Positions 1 through 10,897 of a stretch of 60,064 nucleotides of DNA are shown here, piece by piece (within the stretch, counting starts at the first letter, position 1; each line of letters opens with the position of its first letter). The DNA is from an uncultured Collinsella sp. (GTDB lineage Bacteria > Actinomycetota > Coriobacteriia > Coriobacteriales > Coriobacteriaceae): assembly GCA_900756725.1 (NCBI GenBank), contig CAAELJ010000155.1, positions 1-60,064 of the forward strand, given 5' to 3'. A program made the position numbers and the translations under genes. A model generated the notes under the pieces. The model saw nothing but the letters and a program-made list of their open reading frames with translations. It was not told the DNA's origin and ran no database searches.

Positions 1-40
1 CCCACCGGCCCCGCGCGTGAACGTGCGGCTAAGCCTCCGC

Positions 41-462
41 GAACAAAACTATGCCGGATTACTACGATAAATCGCCTACCCCCAACCACACCGCATTTGG
101 CAAAACAAAAATCGCAGGTAGACGGCTCGCAGTTTAGCGAAAAAGTCGCGCGTGATCGGCGACCTCGTTTTTATCGTAGTAATCCGGCATAGTTTTGAAA
201 TGCCACCATATCCATGGCAGCTCCTGATCCCCTAGGGACGGAAGAAAACGGATCATTTTGGTCCCGCGAGGCTTGCGGAGGCACTCGTGCAGGGCCGCCC
301 GAACAAAACTATGCCGGTTCACTACGATGAATTCGACATCCCCGACCATGACTGCATTTTTCTAAATATTGCAAGCGCTCTACCTGCGGTTTTGCAAGTG
401 CGCAATTTGCCGTGGTCAAAGGTGGGCGATTCACCGTAGTAAACCGGCATAGTTTTGAAATG
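41..462. repeat. Tandem pair (260-bp period) of inverted-repeat elements with 27-28-bp arms and ~96-98-bp spacers
   Basis: AAAACTATGCCGGATTACTACGATAAA (45-71) is the perfect reverse complement of 170-196. The second pair is 305-332 / 429-456 with 2 mismatches. Both units start with GAAC and end with GAAATG. Confidence 0.9.
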
Positions 463-517
463 GCATTAAAGCGGTAGCAGCCATTTTGCTATGCCGGGGT
501 GGTCGGCCGTTGGGTAA

Positions 518-1147
518 TTACCCTCGCAGGTAGGCAATGGCGATCTGTGTGCGGTTGCGTAGGCCCATTTTGGCAAGGATCGAGCTGATGTGGTTGCGCA
601 CGGTGCCTTCGCCCATGTAGGCGGTGGCGGCGATCTCCTTGTTGTCGAGGCCGCGGGCGATGAGCTCGGCAACTTCGAACTCGCGGTCGGTTAGGCTGGC
701 GAAGGCCGCGGGTCGGCGGAGTGTGCCCGCCTCAACGCCCGTTCCGTCAAAATTGATGTCCTCGATCGCCTTGCCCTCGAGTACGCGTTTGCCGTCCATG
801 ACTTGCGTCAATGCCGGAGGAATGGCGGCGACATCGGTCTTGATCAGGTAGCCGCGGGCACCCAGTTTGAGCGCCGACACAATGTACTCGTCATCCGAGA
901 ATGTCGTCAGAAACACCACGCGTGCCGAAGGGTCGCGCTCAAGGATCTCGCGTGCCGCCGAAAGTCCGTCACGCCCCGGCATCTGAATGTCGAGCAGTGC
1001 GATATCGGGCGCGTGTTCGGCATAGAGCGAAACCGCATCGTTGCCGTTGGCACCGGTGCCCACCACTTCGATCTGCGGCTGGGCGCCCAGGATAATCTTG
1101 AGCGAATCGACCACCAAGCGGTCGTCGTCGACAACGATGAGCCTCAT
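518..1147 (-). CDS. NarL/LuxR-family response regulator
   Basis: REC domain (VVDDD, LLDIQMP, FLTTF, GYLIK) plus a C-terminal LuxR HTH (LTDREFEV...GLDNKEIA...TVRNHISSIL). Confidence 0.95.
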   Translation of the reverse strand: MRLIVVDDDRLVVDSLKIILGAQPQIEVVGTGANGNDAVSLYAEHAPDIALLDIQMPGRDGLSAAREILERDPSARVVFLTTFSDDEYIVSALKLGARGYLIKTDVAAIPPALTQVMDGKRVLEGKAIEDINFDGTGVEAGTLRRPAAFASLTDREFEVAELIARGLDNKEIAATAYMGEGTVRNHISSILAKMGLRNRTQIAIAYLRG

Positions 1148-2289
1148 CGGCCCTCATCTCCTTGCTGTTTGGGAACGGTGGCAAACACGCGCCAGCCGCC
1201 GGCGCTGGCACGCGGGCCGGCGGTGAAGGTGCCGCCAAGCGCCTCGATGCGCTCGCGCATGGAGGCGAGCCCCATGCCCTCCGCGGCGCCGCGGCTGCTT
1301 GCTTGGACCCCGCCCGCACCATCGTCGGTAACGATGAGCTGGTAAAACGACGGATGCTCCATGCATCGTACGGTGACGGTCTGGGCGCAAGCGTGGCGCA
1401 TGGTATTGGAGAGCGCCTCGCGCAGGACCGCCGCAAAGCAGTTGGCGACGTTTGCGGGCGCATGTTCGGCCAAAACTTCAAGCTCAATCTGCGGGCCGCC
1501 GTCCGAGCGTGCGCCTTCAACAATGCGTTCGAGCTGCACGGAAAGATCGACGGCGTTGTCGTTGAGCGCGTGGACGCTGGTGCGCACAAGCTGGAGCGCC
1601 TCGTCAACGGTGTGCTTGACGTCGGCGAAATCGGCGGCGACGCCGGGTTCATCGGCGTGGACTATGCACAGGGCCTCGGTCTGCAGCGAGGTACGCGTGA
1701 GCTGGTGCCCGACGTTATCGTGGATCTCGCGCGCGATGCGGGCGCGTTCGGCGAGCGTCGCGAGCTCGACTTCGTAGTCCTGGCGATCGGCAAGATCGCG
1801 GTTGCGCGCTTCGAGCGCGAGGGCTCGTTCCTGCAGCTCGTCGCGGATGCGGCGCATGCGCTGCTGCTCGCGCTCCAACTGGGCGGTACGTAGCGATAAC
1901 AAGGTGGCGGCAACTGAAAGGATGGCGGTCAGTAGAAGCGTTCGGGCGGTGAGCGCGTCGGCGCGTAGGTCCGCGACGAGTGCGAAGACAAAGGCGACGC
2001 CAATGCCCAACGCGACCCAAACGTGTTCACGGCGCACGCGCCGCGCGATGTCATAGAGGGCGAGAGGCGCAAACGGCACAAACGGCGGCGCAAAGACGGC
2101 CGCGATGATGTAAGCGTAACTCGCGGCCTTGCTTACACGGCGTGTGCGTTCCCCCTGTGCGACCTCGGCCAGCGAGGTGGCGATAACGCCAAGACAAAAC
2201 GCCGCGACCAGGCGGGCGTCCACAGCAAGGCCCGTGGCGGCCGCAATGCAGCACGCCAGCACGATCGATTTGTCGAAAAGCCTGTTCAT
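1144..2289 (-). CDS. Membrane sensor histidine kinase (HisKA_3 / NarX-like)
   Basis: N-terminal TM segments, H-box ERARIAREIHD, N-box REALSNTMRHA, DDG and GMGL motifs. Start moved to ATG at 2289 (MNRLFDK). Overlaps the regulator start by 4 nt. Confidence 0.93.
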   Translation of the reverse strand: MNRLFDKSIVLACCIAAATGLAVDARLVAAFCLGVIATSLAEVAQGERTRRVSKAASYAYIIAAVFAPPFVPFAPLALYDIARRVRREHVWVALGIGVAFVFALVADLRADALTARTLLLTAILSVAATLLSLRTAQLEREQQRMRRIRDELQERALALEARNRDLADRQDYEVELATLAERARIAREIHDNVGHQLTRTSLQTEALCIVHADEPGVAADFADVKHTVDEALQLVRTSVHALNDNAVDLSVQLERIVEGARSDGGPQIELEVLAEHAPANVANCFAAVLREALSNTMRHACAQTVTVRCMEHPSFYQLIVTDDGAGGVQASSRGAAEGMGLASMRERIEALGGTFTAGPRASAGGWRVFATVPKQQGDEGR

Positions 2290-2339
2290 ACGGGTATTGT
2301 ACGCGAAGCCGCGCGTAGTGGAGGGGCCGCCTGCGCAAC

Positions 2340-2417
2340 CGTGACATTCCTCCCGCGCGACAAATCGGGGGCGTCGGTGGCCACACGGCCAAGCCCCGCA
2401 CTCGTGACAAAGCTCAC
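2340..2417. promoter_or_regulatory. Candidate response-regulator boxes in the divergent HK/ABC promoter
   Basis: CGTGACA (2340), CGCGACA (2356) and the imperfect palindrome GTGACAAAGCTCAC (2404-2417). Confidence 0.4.
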
Positions 2418-2485
2418 TGGTGCGCGCCGGCGGCTCCTGCGATGATGCAATCGTACCGGGCCGCAATCAACAGAAGGGCCGCCTC

Positions 2486-3424
2486 ATGACAGACATCGTC
2501 CACGTCGAAAATCTCGTCAAGCGCTACGACGACCTTATTGCGCTCGACCACTTTAACCTGAGCATCGCCCCCGGCGAGATCTTTGGCCTGCTGGGCCCCA
2601 ACGGCTCGGGCAAGACCACATCCATCAACTGCATTCTGCAGCTGCTCGCCTACGACAAAGGTACCATCGAGCTGTTCGGCGAGCCCATGACGCCCGCCCG
2701 CTACGACCTCAAGCGCCGCATCGGCGTGGTGCCGCAGCAGGTGGCGGTGTTCGACGAGCTCACGGTGCGCGAGAACATCGACTATTTCTGCAGCCTCTAC
2801 GTTAACGATCGCAAGCGTCGCCGTGCGCTGGTGGACGAGGCGATTGACTTTGTCGGGCTGGGTGACTTTACCAAGTTCCGCCCCGGCAAGCTCTCGGGCG
2901 GCCTGGCGCGTCGCCTCAACATCGCCTGCGGTATCGCGCACAAGCCCGAGCTCATCTTTTTTGACGAGCCCACGGTGGCGGTCGACCCGCAGAGCCGCAA
3001 CGCCATCCTGGAGGGCATCTGCCGCCTGCGCGACGAGGGCGCCACGGTGGTGTATACCAGCCATTACATGGAGGAAGTCGAGCAGATTTGCAGCCGCATC
3101 ATGATCATGGACGGCGGCCGCGTGCTGGCGCAGGGCACCAACGACGAGCTCAAGCGCATGATTCAGATGGGCGAGCGCGTGACCGTCGAGGTCGGCGCCG
3201 TCGAGGCCGCCACGGTCGAGCGGCTGCGCGCCCTCGAGCACGTGCTTTCGGTCGAGCTGTCCGGCGGTGAGCTCGTCTGCACCTGCGAGGCGAGCCCGCA
3301 CAATCTGGTCGACATCCTCGACACGCTGCGCGCCGCCGACGTGGCGCTCGGCCGCGTGTGGAGCGAGCCGCCGACCCTCAACGACGTGTTCCTCGAGATC
3401 ACCGGCCGCGAGCTGCGCGACTAG
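2486..3424 (+). CDS. ABC exporter ATP-binding protein (DrrA/LnrL-like)
   Basis: Walker A GPNGSGKT, signature LSGG, Walker B IFFDEPT, H-loop TSH. Start at MTDIV. Confidence 0.95.
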   Translation: MTDIVHVENLVKRYDDLIALDHFNLSIAPGEIFGLLGPNGSGKTTSINCILQLLAYDKGTIELFGEPMTPARYDLKRRIGVVPQQVAVFDELTVRENIDYFCSLYVNDRKRRRALVDEAIDFVGLGDFTKFRPGKLSGGLARRLNIACGIAHKPELIFFDEPTVAVDPQSRNAILEGICRLRDEGATVVYTSHYMEEVEQICSRIMIMDGGRVLAQGTNDELKRMIQMGERVTVEVGAVEAATVERLRALEHVLSVELSGGELVCTCEASPHNLVDILDTLRAADVALGRVWSEPPTLNDVFLEITGRELRD

Positions 3425-3433
3425 GGGGCGGTC

Positions 3434-4621
3434 ATGTTCAACACCATCATCACCACGGTCAAGACACTGCTGCGCCGGCCGAGCACGTGGGTTTGGGGTG
3501 CGGTCTTTCCCATCGCGCTTTCAACGATGTTTATGTTTATGTTCGCGAACCTGAGCTCTGACGGCACGGTCGACCCGGTGCCGGTTGCTGTCGTGGCGGA
3601 TGAGGCTTGGGACGCCTCGACCTTTAAGGACGTGGCGACGTCGCTTGCCCAGGAAGGCGACGACCGGCTGCTCGAGATTCACGAGTGCGACGACGCAGCC
3701 GATGCGAACCGTGCGCTTAAGGCCGGCGAGGTCGCGGGCATCTATACGGTTGACGCCGAAGGCGCACCCAAGCTCACGCTGCTATCGAGCTACGACAGCT
3801 CGCGTGCCTCATCAGTGCTCACCGATCGCAGCATTCTGGAGACGGTGGCAAGCTCGTATACACAAAATGCCGAGCTCATGTCCCAGATTGCCCAGGACAA
3901 CCCGGCGGCGCTCGCCGACCCGGAGGCGGTTGCGCGCGCTCTATCGCTCGAGGGCGGTACCCGCCGCGTAAGCCTGACACGCACCACGCCCGATGGCACG
4001 GTCATCTACTATTACGCGCTTTTTGGCCTGGTCGCGATGATGTCTGCGGAGTTTGCCGCCTTGAGCGTCGTCGACCTGCAGCCCAATCTGTCGGGCCTTG
4101 GCGCACGTCGCTGTGTGGGCGGTCTTTCCAAGACGGCATCGCTGACCGGCATCTTTGTCGGCTCGTGGCTGGTCTCCTTTGCCTCGATGACGATCGCGAT
4201 CGGCTACGTGCGCCTGGTCGTGGGCGTCGACTTTGGCGGGCGCGAGGGGCTGTGTCTGGTGGGTGGCGCCGCTTCCGCGCTTGCCGCCACGGGCTTGGGC
4301 CTTTTTGTGGGCACGCTTCCCGTTAAGGGCGGCAAGGCGTCCAAGTCCGGCATCCTCACGGGCTTTGCTACCACGTGCGCCCTGTTCGCCGGCCTCTACG
4401 GCGAGCCGGCGATGGCGCTTGCCGACGACGTCGCCCGCGCCTGCCCGGCCGAGTGCTGGCTCAACCCCGTCAAGCTCATCTGCGACATGTTCAACCGCCT
4501 GTATTTCTTTGAGGACCTGGGCCCCTTTGTCGTTCGCGCCGGCGCGCTGGTCCTTATGGCGCTGCTGTTCGTTGCCGCCGCCACGCTGACCTTTGGAAGG
4601 AGCCGCTATGAGCACCTTTAA
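3434..4621 (+). CDS. ABC-2 type exporter permease
   Basis: One N-terminal TM, a large extracytoplasmic loop and about 5 C-terminal TMs. Follows the ATPase. Confidence 0.88.
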   Translation: MFNTIITTVKTLLRRPSTWVWGAVFPIALSTMFMFMFANLSSDGTVDPVPVAVVADEAWDASTFKDVATSLAQEGDDRLLEIHECDDAADANRALKAGEVAGIYTVDAEGAPKLTLLSSYDSSRASSVLTDRSILETVASSYTQNAELMSQIAQDNPAALADPEAVARALSLEGGTRRVSLTRTTPDGTVIYYYALFGLVAMMSAEFAALSVVDLQPNLSGLGARRCVGGLSKTASLTGIFVGSWLVSFASMTIAIGYVRLVVGVDFGGREGLCLVGGAASALAATGLGLFVGTLPVKGGKASKSGILTGFATTCALFAGLYGEPAMALADDVARACPAECWLNPVKLICDMFNRLYFFEDLGPFVVRAGALVLMALLFVAAATLTFGRSRYEHL

Positions 4622-5813
4622 GACTGCGCTTCGCATGGCGCTGGCGCACCCGTTCTACCTGCTCATCTATACGGTGTTCATCTCGCTCATGGGCGTATTC
4701 ATCGCGGCATCGGTGAGCTGGAACTCGTCGCAGCTCACCGAGTACGAGCCCTACGATGCCAACGTGATCGTGGTCGACCGCGACGACAGCGACCTTTCGC
4801 ATGCGCTCACCAAGCACCTGGGGTCGCGCTTTGAGTTGGTCACGGGCGTCGGCGACGATACCTACGATCTTGCGGACGCGCTCTCCAAGAGCAACAGCGC
4901 CAAGGGTAGCGCCGACTGCGTGTTCTTTATCCCGGAGGGGTTTGAGAACGACCTGGTCGCGGCCGCCCGCGCGGGGGAGGCCCTGCCCAAGCTCGATGTG
5001 ACCTACGGTGCCGGCACCATGGCGGCGGCGCTTTCGTCTGCTGAGGCCTCGCGCTGGATTTCGCTCGCGGGCGCTGCAGCGGCCCTAGAGCCCGCCGCCT
5101 CTAATGGTAGCGTCGCCAAGGCCGCCGAGCATGCCGCCGCCAAGCGCGCCGAGGTCCAGATTGAGCAGGTCAAGGTTGGTTCGACTGCCGCCGCCATGCT
5201 CAAGTCGTATTTCAACTTTGGCGCGTACGCGATTATCTCGTCGGTCATCGTATCGGTGGGGCTGGTGTTCTCGGGCATGAACGAGCCCGAGCGCGTGCGT
5301 CGTATGGATGCCGGCCCAATCTCCGAGCGCCGGCGTTCGCTCGCCGTGTTTGCGGCCGCCACTGTGATCACCGTCTGCATCTGGTTTGTGTCGAGCATGA
5401 TGGGCGTCGTGGGCTTTGCCGGCGCGGTTGCCGAGGTCGGCGTGGGTCGTGTGTGCCTGGCGCTGGCGGCGACGTTTGCCCTGGCGTGCACGCCTCTGGC
5501 CGTTGGCTTTGCCCTTTCGAGCCTGGGTGCGCGTGAGGAGCTGCTCAACGGTGTGGGCAACCTGCTCGGCATGCTCATGACGTTTTTGGGCGGCGCCTGG
5601 ATGCCGCTGTCGCTGATGGGCCCAGCCGTGCAGACCGCGGCGCATTTTGTGCCGACGTATTGGGTGAACGACGCGATTGGCAAGGCGCTCGCGTCGGACC
5701 TGACGTCTGCCATGTTGGGCGACATCGCCTGCGACCTGGGCGTCACCGTGCTCTTTGCCGTGGTCATCGCCGCCGTAGGCCTAGCCCTCTCGCGCACCAA
5801 ATCCCGTGCTTAG
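4608..5813 (+). CDS. ABC-2 type exporter permease
   Basis: Same topology, with the FLGGAWMPL...PTYW ABC-2 motif. GGAG RBS before ATG at 4608. Confidence 0.88.
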   Translation: MSTFKTALRMALAHPFYLLIYTVFISLMGVFIAASVSWNSSQLTEYEPYDANVIVVDRDDSDLSHALTKHLGSRFELVTGVGDDTYDLADALSKSNSAKGSADCVFFIPEGFENDLVAAARAGEALPKLDVTYGAGTMAAALSSAEASRWISLAGAAAALEPAASNGSVAKAAEHAAAKRAEVQIEQVKVGSTAAAMLKSYFNFGAYAIISSVIVSVGLVFSGMNEPERVRRMDAGPISERRRSLAVFAAATVITVCIWFVSSMMGVVGFAGAVAEVGVGRVCLALAATFALACTPLAVGFALSSLGAREELLNGVGNLLGMLMTFLGGAWMPLSLMGPAVQTAAHFVPTYWVNDAIGKALASDLTSAMLGDIACDLGVTVLFAVVIAAVGLALSRTKSRA

Positions 5814-5817
5814 CCAC

Positions 5818-5848
5818 CTGGTCATTTAAGAACGTCCCCAATGACCAG
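5818..5848 (+). repeat. REP-like hairpin, family 1 (loop TAAGAACGTCCCC)
   Basis: CTGGTCATT-loop-AATGACCAG, 4 nt after the stop codon. Confidence 0.85.
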
Positions 5849-5941
5849 TCTGAAATAAATCCCAAGCCTCGCTCCAAAATAGTTCGCTAAGGTTTACTAT
5901 TACGCTCATAAAGTAGTATGAGGCTAACAGTGGGGGATACC

Positions 5942-6655
<714 letters not shown>

Positions 6656-6663
6656 GCGGCGCC

Positions 6664-9330
6664 ATGACACCTCTCGCAAAACGTCTCCCGCGCGAGCTGC
6701 GCCGCAATATCGGCAAGTACCTGGGAATCTTTTTGCTTATGTTCGGAAGCATCGCTCTCACCTCGGGCTTTTTGCTCGCGGCGCATTCCATCGGTTGCCT
6801 TATCGACGACATGCGCAATGCGTACACGATTGAGGACGGCCGCGTGACCACCTCCTTCGAGGCTACCAAAGACCAGCTCAAGGCTGCCGAGGATGCCGCC
6901 AGTGACGTCGGCGGCGTCGCGCTCTACAAGAATTTCTCCATCGACGCCATCATCAAAAAGACCGCCGGCGACGACGGCACCAAGCGCACGCTGCGCACCT
7001 ATGCGCACCGCACCAAGGTCGATATCGCGTCCTACTGTGAGGGCAAGGAGCCCAAGACGGACGATGAGGTGGCAATCGACCGTGTCTTCGCCACCAACAA
7101 CGATCTCGCCGTGGGCGATAAGGTCGAGCTCGAGGGTCGCACCTACACCATCTGCGGCATCATGACCCAGCCCGATAGCCAGGCGCTGCTCCTCAACAAC
7201 TCCGACTTTACGATCAACACCGTCACCTATGGTGTTGCCGAGGTTGCCGACGCCGGTTTTGCCGCGCTCGAGGACGCCGGCGGCGCACCCGCCTACACCT
7301 ACTCCTTCACCTTTGCCGATCGCGACCTCCCCACCGCGGACCGTACCGATGCCGAGCAGGATATGGTAGAGGCGCTTACCGATGCCGATGCACGCGTGGA
7401 TGACCTCATCGACGCCGATTCGAATCAGGGCATTGGCTATGCGCGCGACGACGTGGACGGCGACTCCATGATGTGGATGACGCTGCTCGACATCATCATC
7501 GTGATCATGGCGTTCGTCTTTGTGGTCCTTACCGACGCCACCATCGAGGAGGAGAGCGCCATCATCGGCACGTTGCTCGCCAGCGGCTATCGTCGACGCG
7601 AGATCGTGCTGCACTACCTTGCGCTTCCCGCCATCGTGGGCGTGGTCGCGGCGCTTTTGGGCACTGCGCTCGGCGTTGTGTTCTTTACCGAGCCCATGCG
7701 CAGCCTCTATTACGGTTCGTACAGCCTGCCGCCCTTCCAGGTGTACTGGAGCTGGGAGATCTTTGTGAAGTGCGCCGTGGTTCCCGCCGCCGCGCTCATC
7801 CTCATCATGCTGGTGGGTCTGCTTCGCAAAATGGGTAAGACGCCGCTGCAGTTTCTTCGCCACGAGGCGAGCGGCAAGTCTGGCACCAAGCGCGGCCTGC
7901 AGCTGTCGGAGCGCATGGGCTTTGTTTCCCGCTTCCGCCTGCGTATCTTCCTGCGCAACCTGGGCAACTTCGCCACGCTCTTCGTGGGCATCGCGTTTGC
8001 GTCGCTGCTACTGCTCTTTGGCCTGGCGATTTTGCCCACGATGACGCACTATGCGGACAACCTCGAGACAAGCCTGGTCGCCGAGCACCAGTACACGCTC
8101 AAGGCGCCACTGGAGCTCGAGGGCACTGCCGAGGAGCGCGAGCAGTGGTCGGCACTCGAGCGCCTGCAGTCGGTTGACGGCGTGCTGCTTTCCGCCGCCC
8201 AGGATGCCGATGACGAGCTTGACGACGCGGCCGATGCGGCGCAGGCGGCAGCCGATGCCGCGGCCGCATCTCCGTCTGCCGAGAGCCTGACCGCAGCGCA
8301 GGATGCGCTTGCCAAGGTCCAGGACAAGAAGGATGCGCTCTGCGCGCGCCTTGGTGATCTTGCCGATGCCCTCGGCTGCGACCGCGATGAGGCTATCGAC
8401 CTGATCGACAAGGCCCCTAAGATCGACACTGACAACGATGATATCCACCCGGTCAATACGACCGACAACGGCGCGGGTGCAATCGCACAGGCCGAGAAAT
8501 ACGCCGTTTACCAGCTGCAATACGACCGCGGCGATGGAAATGGCGAGGAGACGATTTCCGTCTACGGCATTTCATCCGATTCGCGCTACTGGAAAGATCT
8601 CAACGTCGGCGACGGCCGCGTCGTCTTTGGCGGCGGTCTGCTCGATAAGTTTGGCTGGAGCGAGGGTCAGAAGGTCACGCTCAGCGACAAGTACGAGGGC
8701 GAGCATTATTCCCTCGAGTACGCGGGCAAGGATTGTACCTGGGGCTCCAAGTCGGACATGAATATCTATATGAGCATCGACGACTTTAACGAGCTGTTCG
8801 GCAACGATGCCGCCTACTTTAACGGCTATGTGAGCGACGAGAAGCTCGACCTCGATGCTCGTTACTTTGCCGGCGACACCACGCCCGACGATATGCGCGC
8901 CGTGGGCGACCAGTTCATCGGCATGATGAGCAAAATGATCGGCATGATGGTCGGGCTTGCGGTGTTCATCTTCCTGCTGTTTATGTACCTGCTGACCAAG
9001 GCGGTGATCGACCACAGCGCCCGTTCGATCAGCTACATGAAAGTCTTTGGCTATCGCGATAGCGAGATCTCGCATCTGTACATCCGCTCGATCACGCTGT
9101 GCGTGGCGGCGTCGCTCGTGCTGAGCCTGCCCGTGATCATTGGCTCGCTCACGGCCATCTTCCGCTCGATGCTGCTCGCCTACAGCGGCAATATCGAGAT
9201 CTACGTGCCCACTTGGTCCATGACGGCGTGCGTGGGCATTGGCTTTGCGACCTACCTGGTCGTGGCGCTGCTACACACGCGTTCTATCAAGCGCGTCAGC
9301 CTGGCCGAGGCCCTTAAAGTCCAAGAGTAG
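6664..9330 (+). CDS. FtsX/MacB-type ABC permease (duplicated module)
   Basis: Two FtsX-like TM blocks (IGTLLASGY; ISYMKVFGY) with large extracellular domains. Confidence 0.88.
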   Translation: MTPLAKRLPRELRRNIGKYLGIFLLMFGSIALTSGFLLAAHSIGCLIDDMRNAYTIEDGRVTTSFEATKDQLKAAEDAASDVGGVALYKNFSIDAIIKKTAGDDGTKRTLRTYAHRTKVDIASYCEGKEPKTDDEVAIDRVFATNNDLAVGDKVELEGRTYTICGIMTQPDSQALLLNNSDFTINTVTYGVAEVADAGFAALEDAGGAPAYTYSFTFADRDLPTADRTDAEQDMVEALTDADARVDDLIDADSNQGIGYARDDVDGDSMMWMTLLDIIIVIMAFVFVVLTDATIEEESAIIGTLLASGYRRREIVLHYLALPAIVGVVAALLGTALGVVFFTEPMRSLYYGSYSLPPFQVYWSWEIFVKCAVVPAAALILIMLVGLLRKMGKTPLQFLRHEASGKSGTKRGLQLSERMGFVSRFRLRIFLRNLGNFATLFVGIAFASLLLLFGLAILPTMTHYADNLETSLVAEHQYTLKAPLELEGTAEEREQWSALERLQSVDGVLLSAAQDADDELDDAADAAQAAADAAAASPSAESLTAAQDALAKVQDKKDALCARLGDLADALGCDRDEAIDLIDKAPKIDTDNDDIHPVNTTDNGAGAIAQAEKYAVYQLQYDRGDGNGEETISVYGISSDSRYWKDLNVGDGRVVFGGGLLDKFGWSEGQKVTLSDKYEGEHYSLEYAGKDCTWGSKSDMNIYMSIDDFNELFGNDAAYFNGYVSDEKLDLDARYFAGDTTPDDMRAVGDQFIGMMSKMIGMMVGLAVFIFLLFMYLLTKAVIDHSARSISYMKVFGYRDSEISHLYIRSITLCVAASLVLSLPVIIGSLTAIFRSMLLAYSGNIEIYVPTWSMTACVGIGFATYLVVALLHTRSIKRVSLAEALKVQE

Positions 9331-9355
9331 TCGTTTAAGAACGTCCCCAACGACT
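9329..9355 (+). repeat. REP-like hairpin, family 1
   Basis: AGTCGTT-TAAGAACGTCCCC-AACGACT, overlapping the permease stop codon. The stem shows a compensatory change relative to the 5818 copy. Confidence 0.85.
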
Positions 9356-9440
9356 CGGTTTCGCGCTTGACTTTGACCCTACTTCAGCGGGTACCATCCT
9401 CTTATGTCTGTAACGCCATATAGACCGAGGGGATAGATCT

Positions 9441-10646
9441 ATGACCGCAACTGCACCCGCAGCACCCGCTAAGGTGTACTTCACCAACCTGCGCACGCAT
9501 GCTCGCGAGAGCCAGCTCGACAAGCTCAAGCGCCTCATACGTCACGCCGGTATCGAGCAGATCGACTTTGAGAACAAGTTCGTCGCCATCAAGATTCACT
9601 TTGGCGAGCTGGGCAACCTGAGCTTTTTGCGCCCCAACTACGCCCGCGCCGTCGCGGATGTCGTGAAGGAGCTGGGTGGCAAGCCCTTCCTCACCGACTG
9701 CAATACGCTCTATGTGGGTAGCCGCAAAAACGCGCTCGAGCACATTGATACCGCCTACCAGAACGGCTTTACCCCGTATGCCACGGGTTGCCAGATCATC
9801 ATCGCCGACGGCCTCAAGGGCACCGACGAGGCGCTCGTCCCGGTTGAGGGCGGCGAGTACGTGCACGAGGCCAAGATCGGTCAGGCGCTCATGGACGCCG
9901 ATATCGTGATTAGCCTCACCCACTTTAAGGGTCATGAGCAGGCCGGCTTTGGCGGTGCCATGAAGAACCTGGGCATGGGAGGCGGCAGCCGTGCCGGCAA
10001 GATGGAACAGCATGCCGCCGGCAAGCCGAACGTCACGACCGAGCACTGCGTTGGCTGCCGTGCCTGCGAAAAAATCTGCGCGCACAACGCTGTCTCGTTC
10101 ACCGACACCCGCGAGCGCGAGCTTGTCAACGGCAACACCCGCACGGTGCACGTGGCCGCCATCGACCACGATCGCTGCGTGGGTTGCGGCCGCTGTATCG
10201 GCGTGTGCAACCAGGACGCCATCAAGCCCGGCTATGAAGCCGCGGCCGACGTGCTCAACTGCAAGATCGCCGAGTATACGAAGGCCGTTGTCGACGGCCG
10301 CCCGAGCTTCCATATCTCGCTTGCCATGGATATCAGCCCCAACTGCGATTGCCATCCCGAAAACGACACGCCTATCGTCAACGATATCGGCATGTTCGCG
10401 AGCTTCGACCCGGTCGCCATCGACCAGGCCTGCGCCGATGCCGTCATGGCATCCGAACCGCTGCCCAACACCGAGCTCACCGATAGTGCGGCCAAGATGG
10501 AGCATAACCACGAGCATCTGGAGGGCGAGCAGGCCAAGGACCCCTTCTGCATCACGCATCCCGACACCGACTGGCGCACCTGCATTGCGCATGCCGAGAA
10601 GATCGGCCTGGGCACGAGCAAGTACGAGCTCATCGAGGTCAAGTAG
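9441..10646 (+). CDS. DUF362-family Fe-S protein with 2x[4Fe-4S] ferredoxin insert
   Basis: KIHFGE, HFKGH..GFGGAMKNLGMG, CVGCRACEKIC, CVGCGRCIGVC and SFDPVAID motifs. Confidence 0.88.
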   Translation: MTATAPAAPAKVYFTNLRTHARESQLDKLKRLIRHAGIEQIDFENKFVAIKIHFGELGNLSFLRPNYARAVADVVKELGGKPFLTDCNTLYVGSRKNALEHIDTAYQNGFTPYATGCQIIIADGLKGTDEALVPVEGGEYVHEAKIGQALMDADIVISLTHFKGHEQAGFGGAMKNLGMGGGSRAGKMEQHAAGKPNVTTEHCVGCRACEKICAHNAVSFTDTRERELVNGNTRTVHVAAIDHDRCVGCGRCIGVCNQDAIKPGYEAAADVLNCKIAEYTKAVVDGRPSFHISLAMDISPNCDCHPENDTPIVNDIGMFASFDPVAIDQACADAVMASEPLPNTELTDSAAKMEHNHEHLEGEQAKDPFCITHPDTDWRTCIAHAEKIGLGTSKYELIEVK

Positions 10647-10897
10647 CACCTGTCTATTGGACGTATCAAGCGCTTTTGTAGCGCAACGTTAGTAAAAGCA
10701 GCCCGTGAGCACAGCGCTCGCGGGCGGCTTTCCGGAAGTATGCGGCAAATTTCGAGACCGCCGAGCACACGACATTTTTTGGCAACAAAACCCCTGATAA
10801 ATTGTTGGTAAAACCGTGGTCTGGTCGGGCTCCCCGCGATTTTCCCCGCACTTCCGAAAATAGGGGGTCAGATAAATCCCCAGACGCCGCTTTTTCC

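Noticed and set aside
41..462. CRISPR array
   Set aside because: The repeats alternate in orientation, are separated by about 100 bp, and no cas genes are present.
10729..10860. Another long inverted-repeat element
   Set aside because: Only a short gapped match (CGGAAGT..GCGG / CCGC.ACTTCCG), too weak to call by eye.
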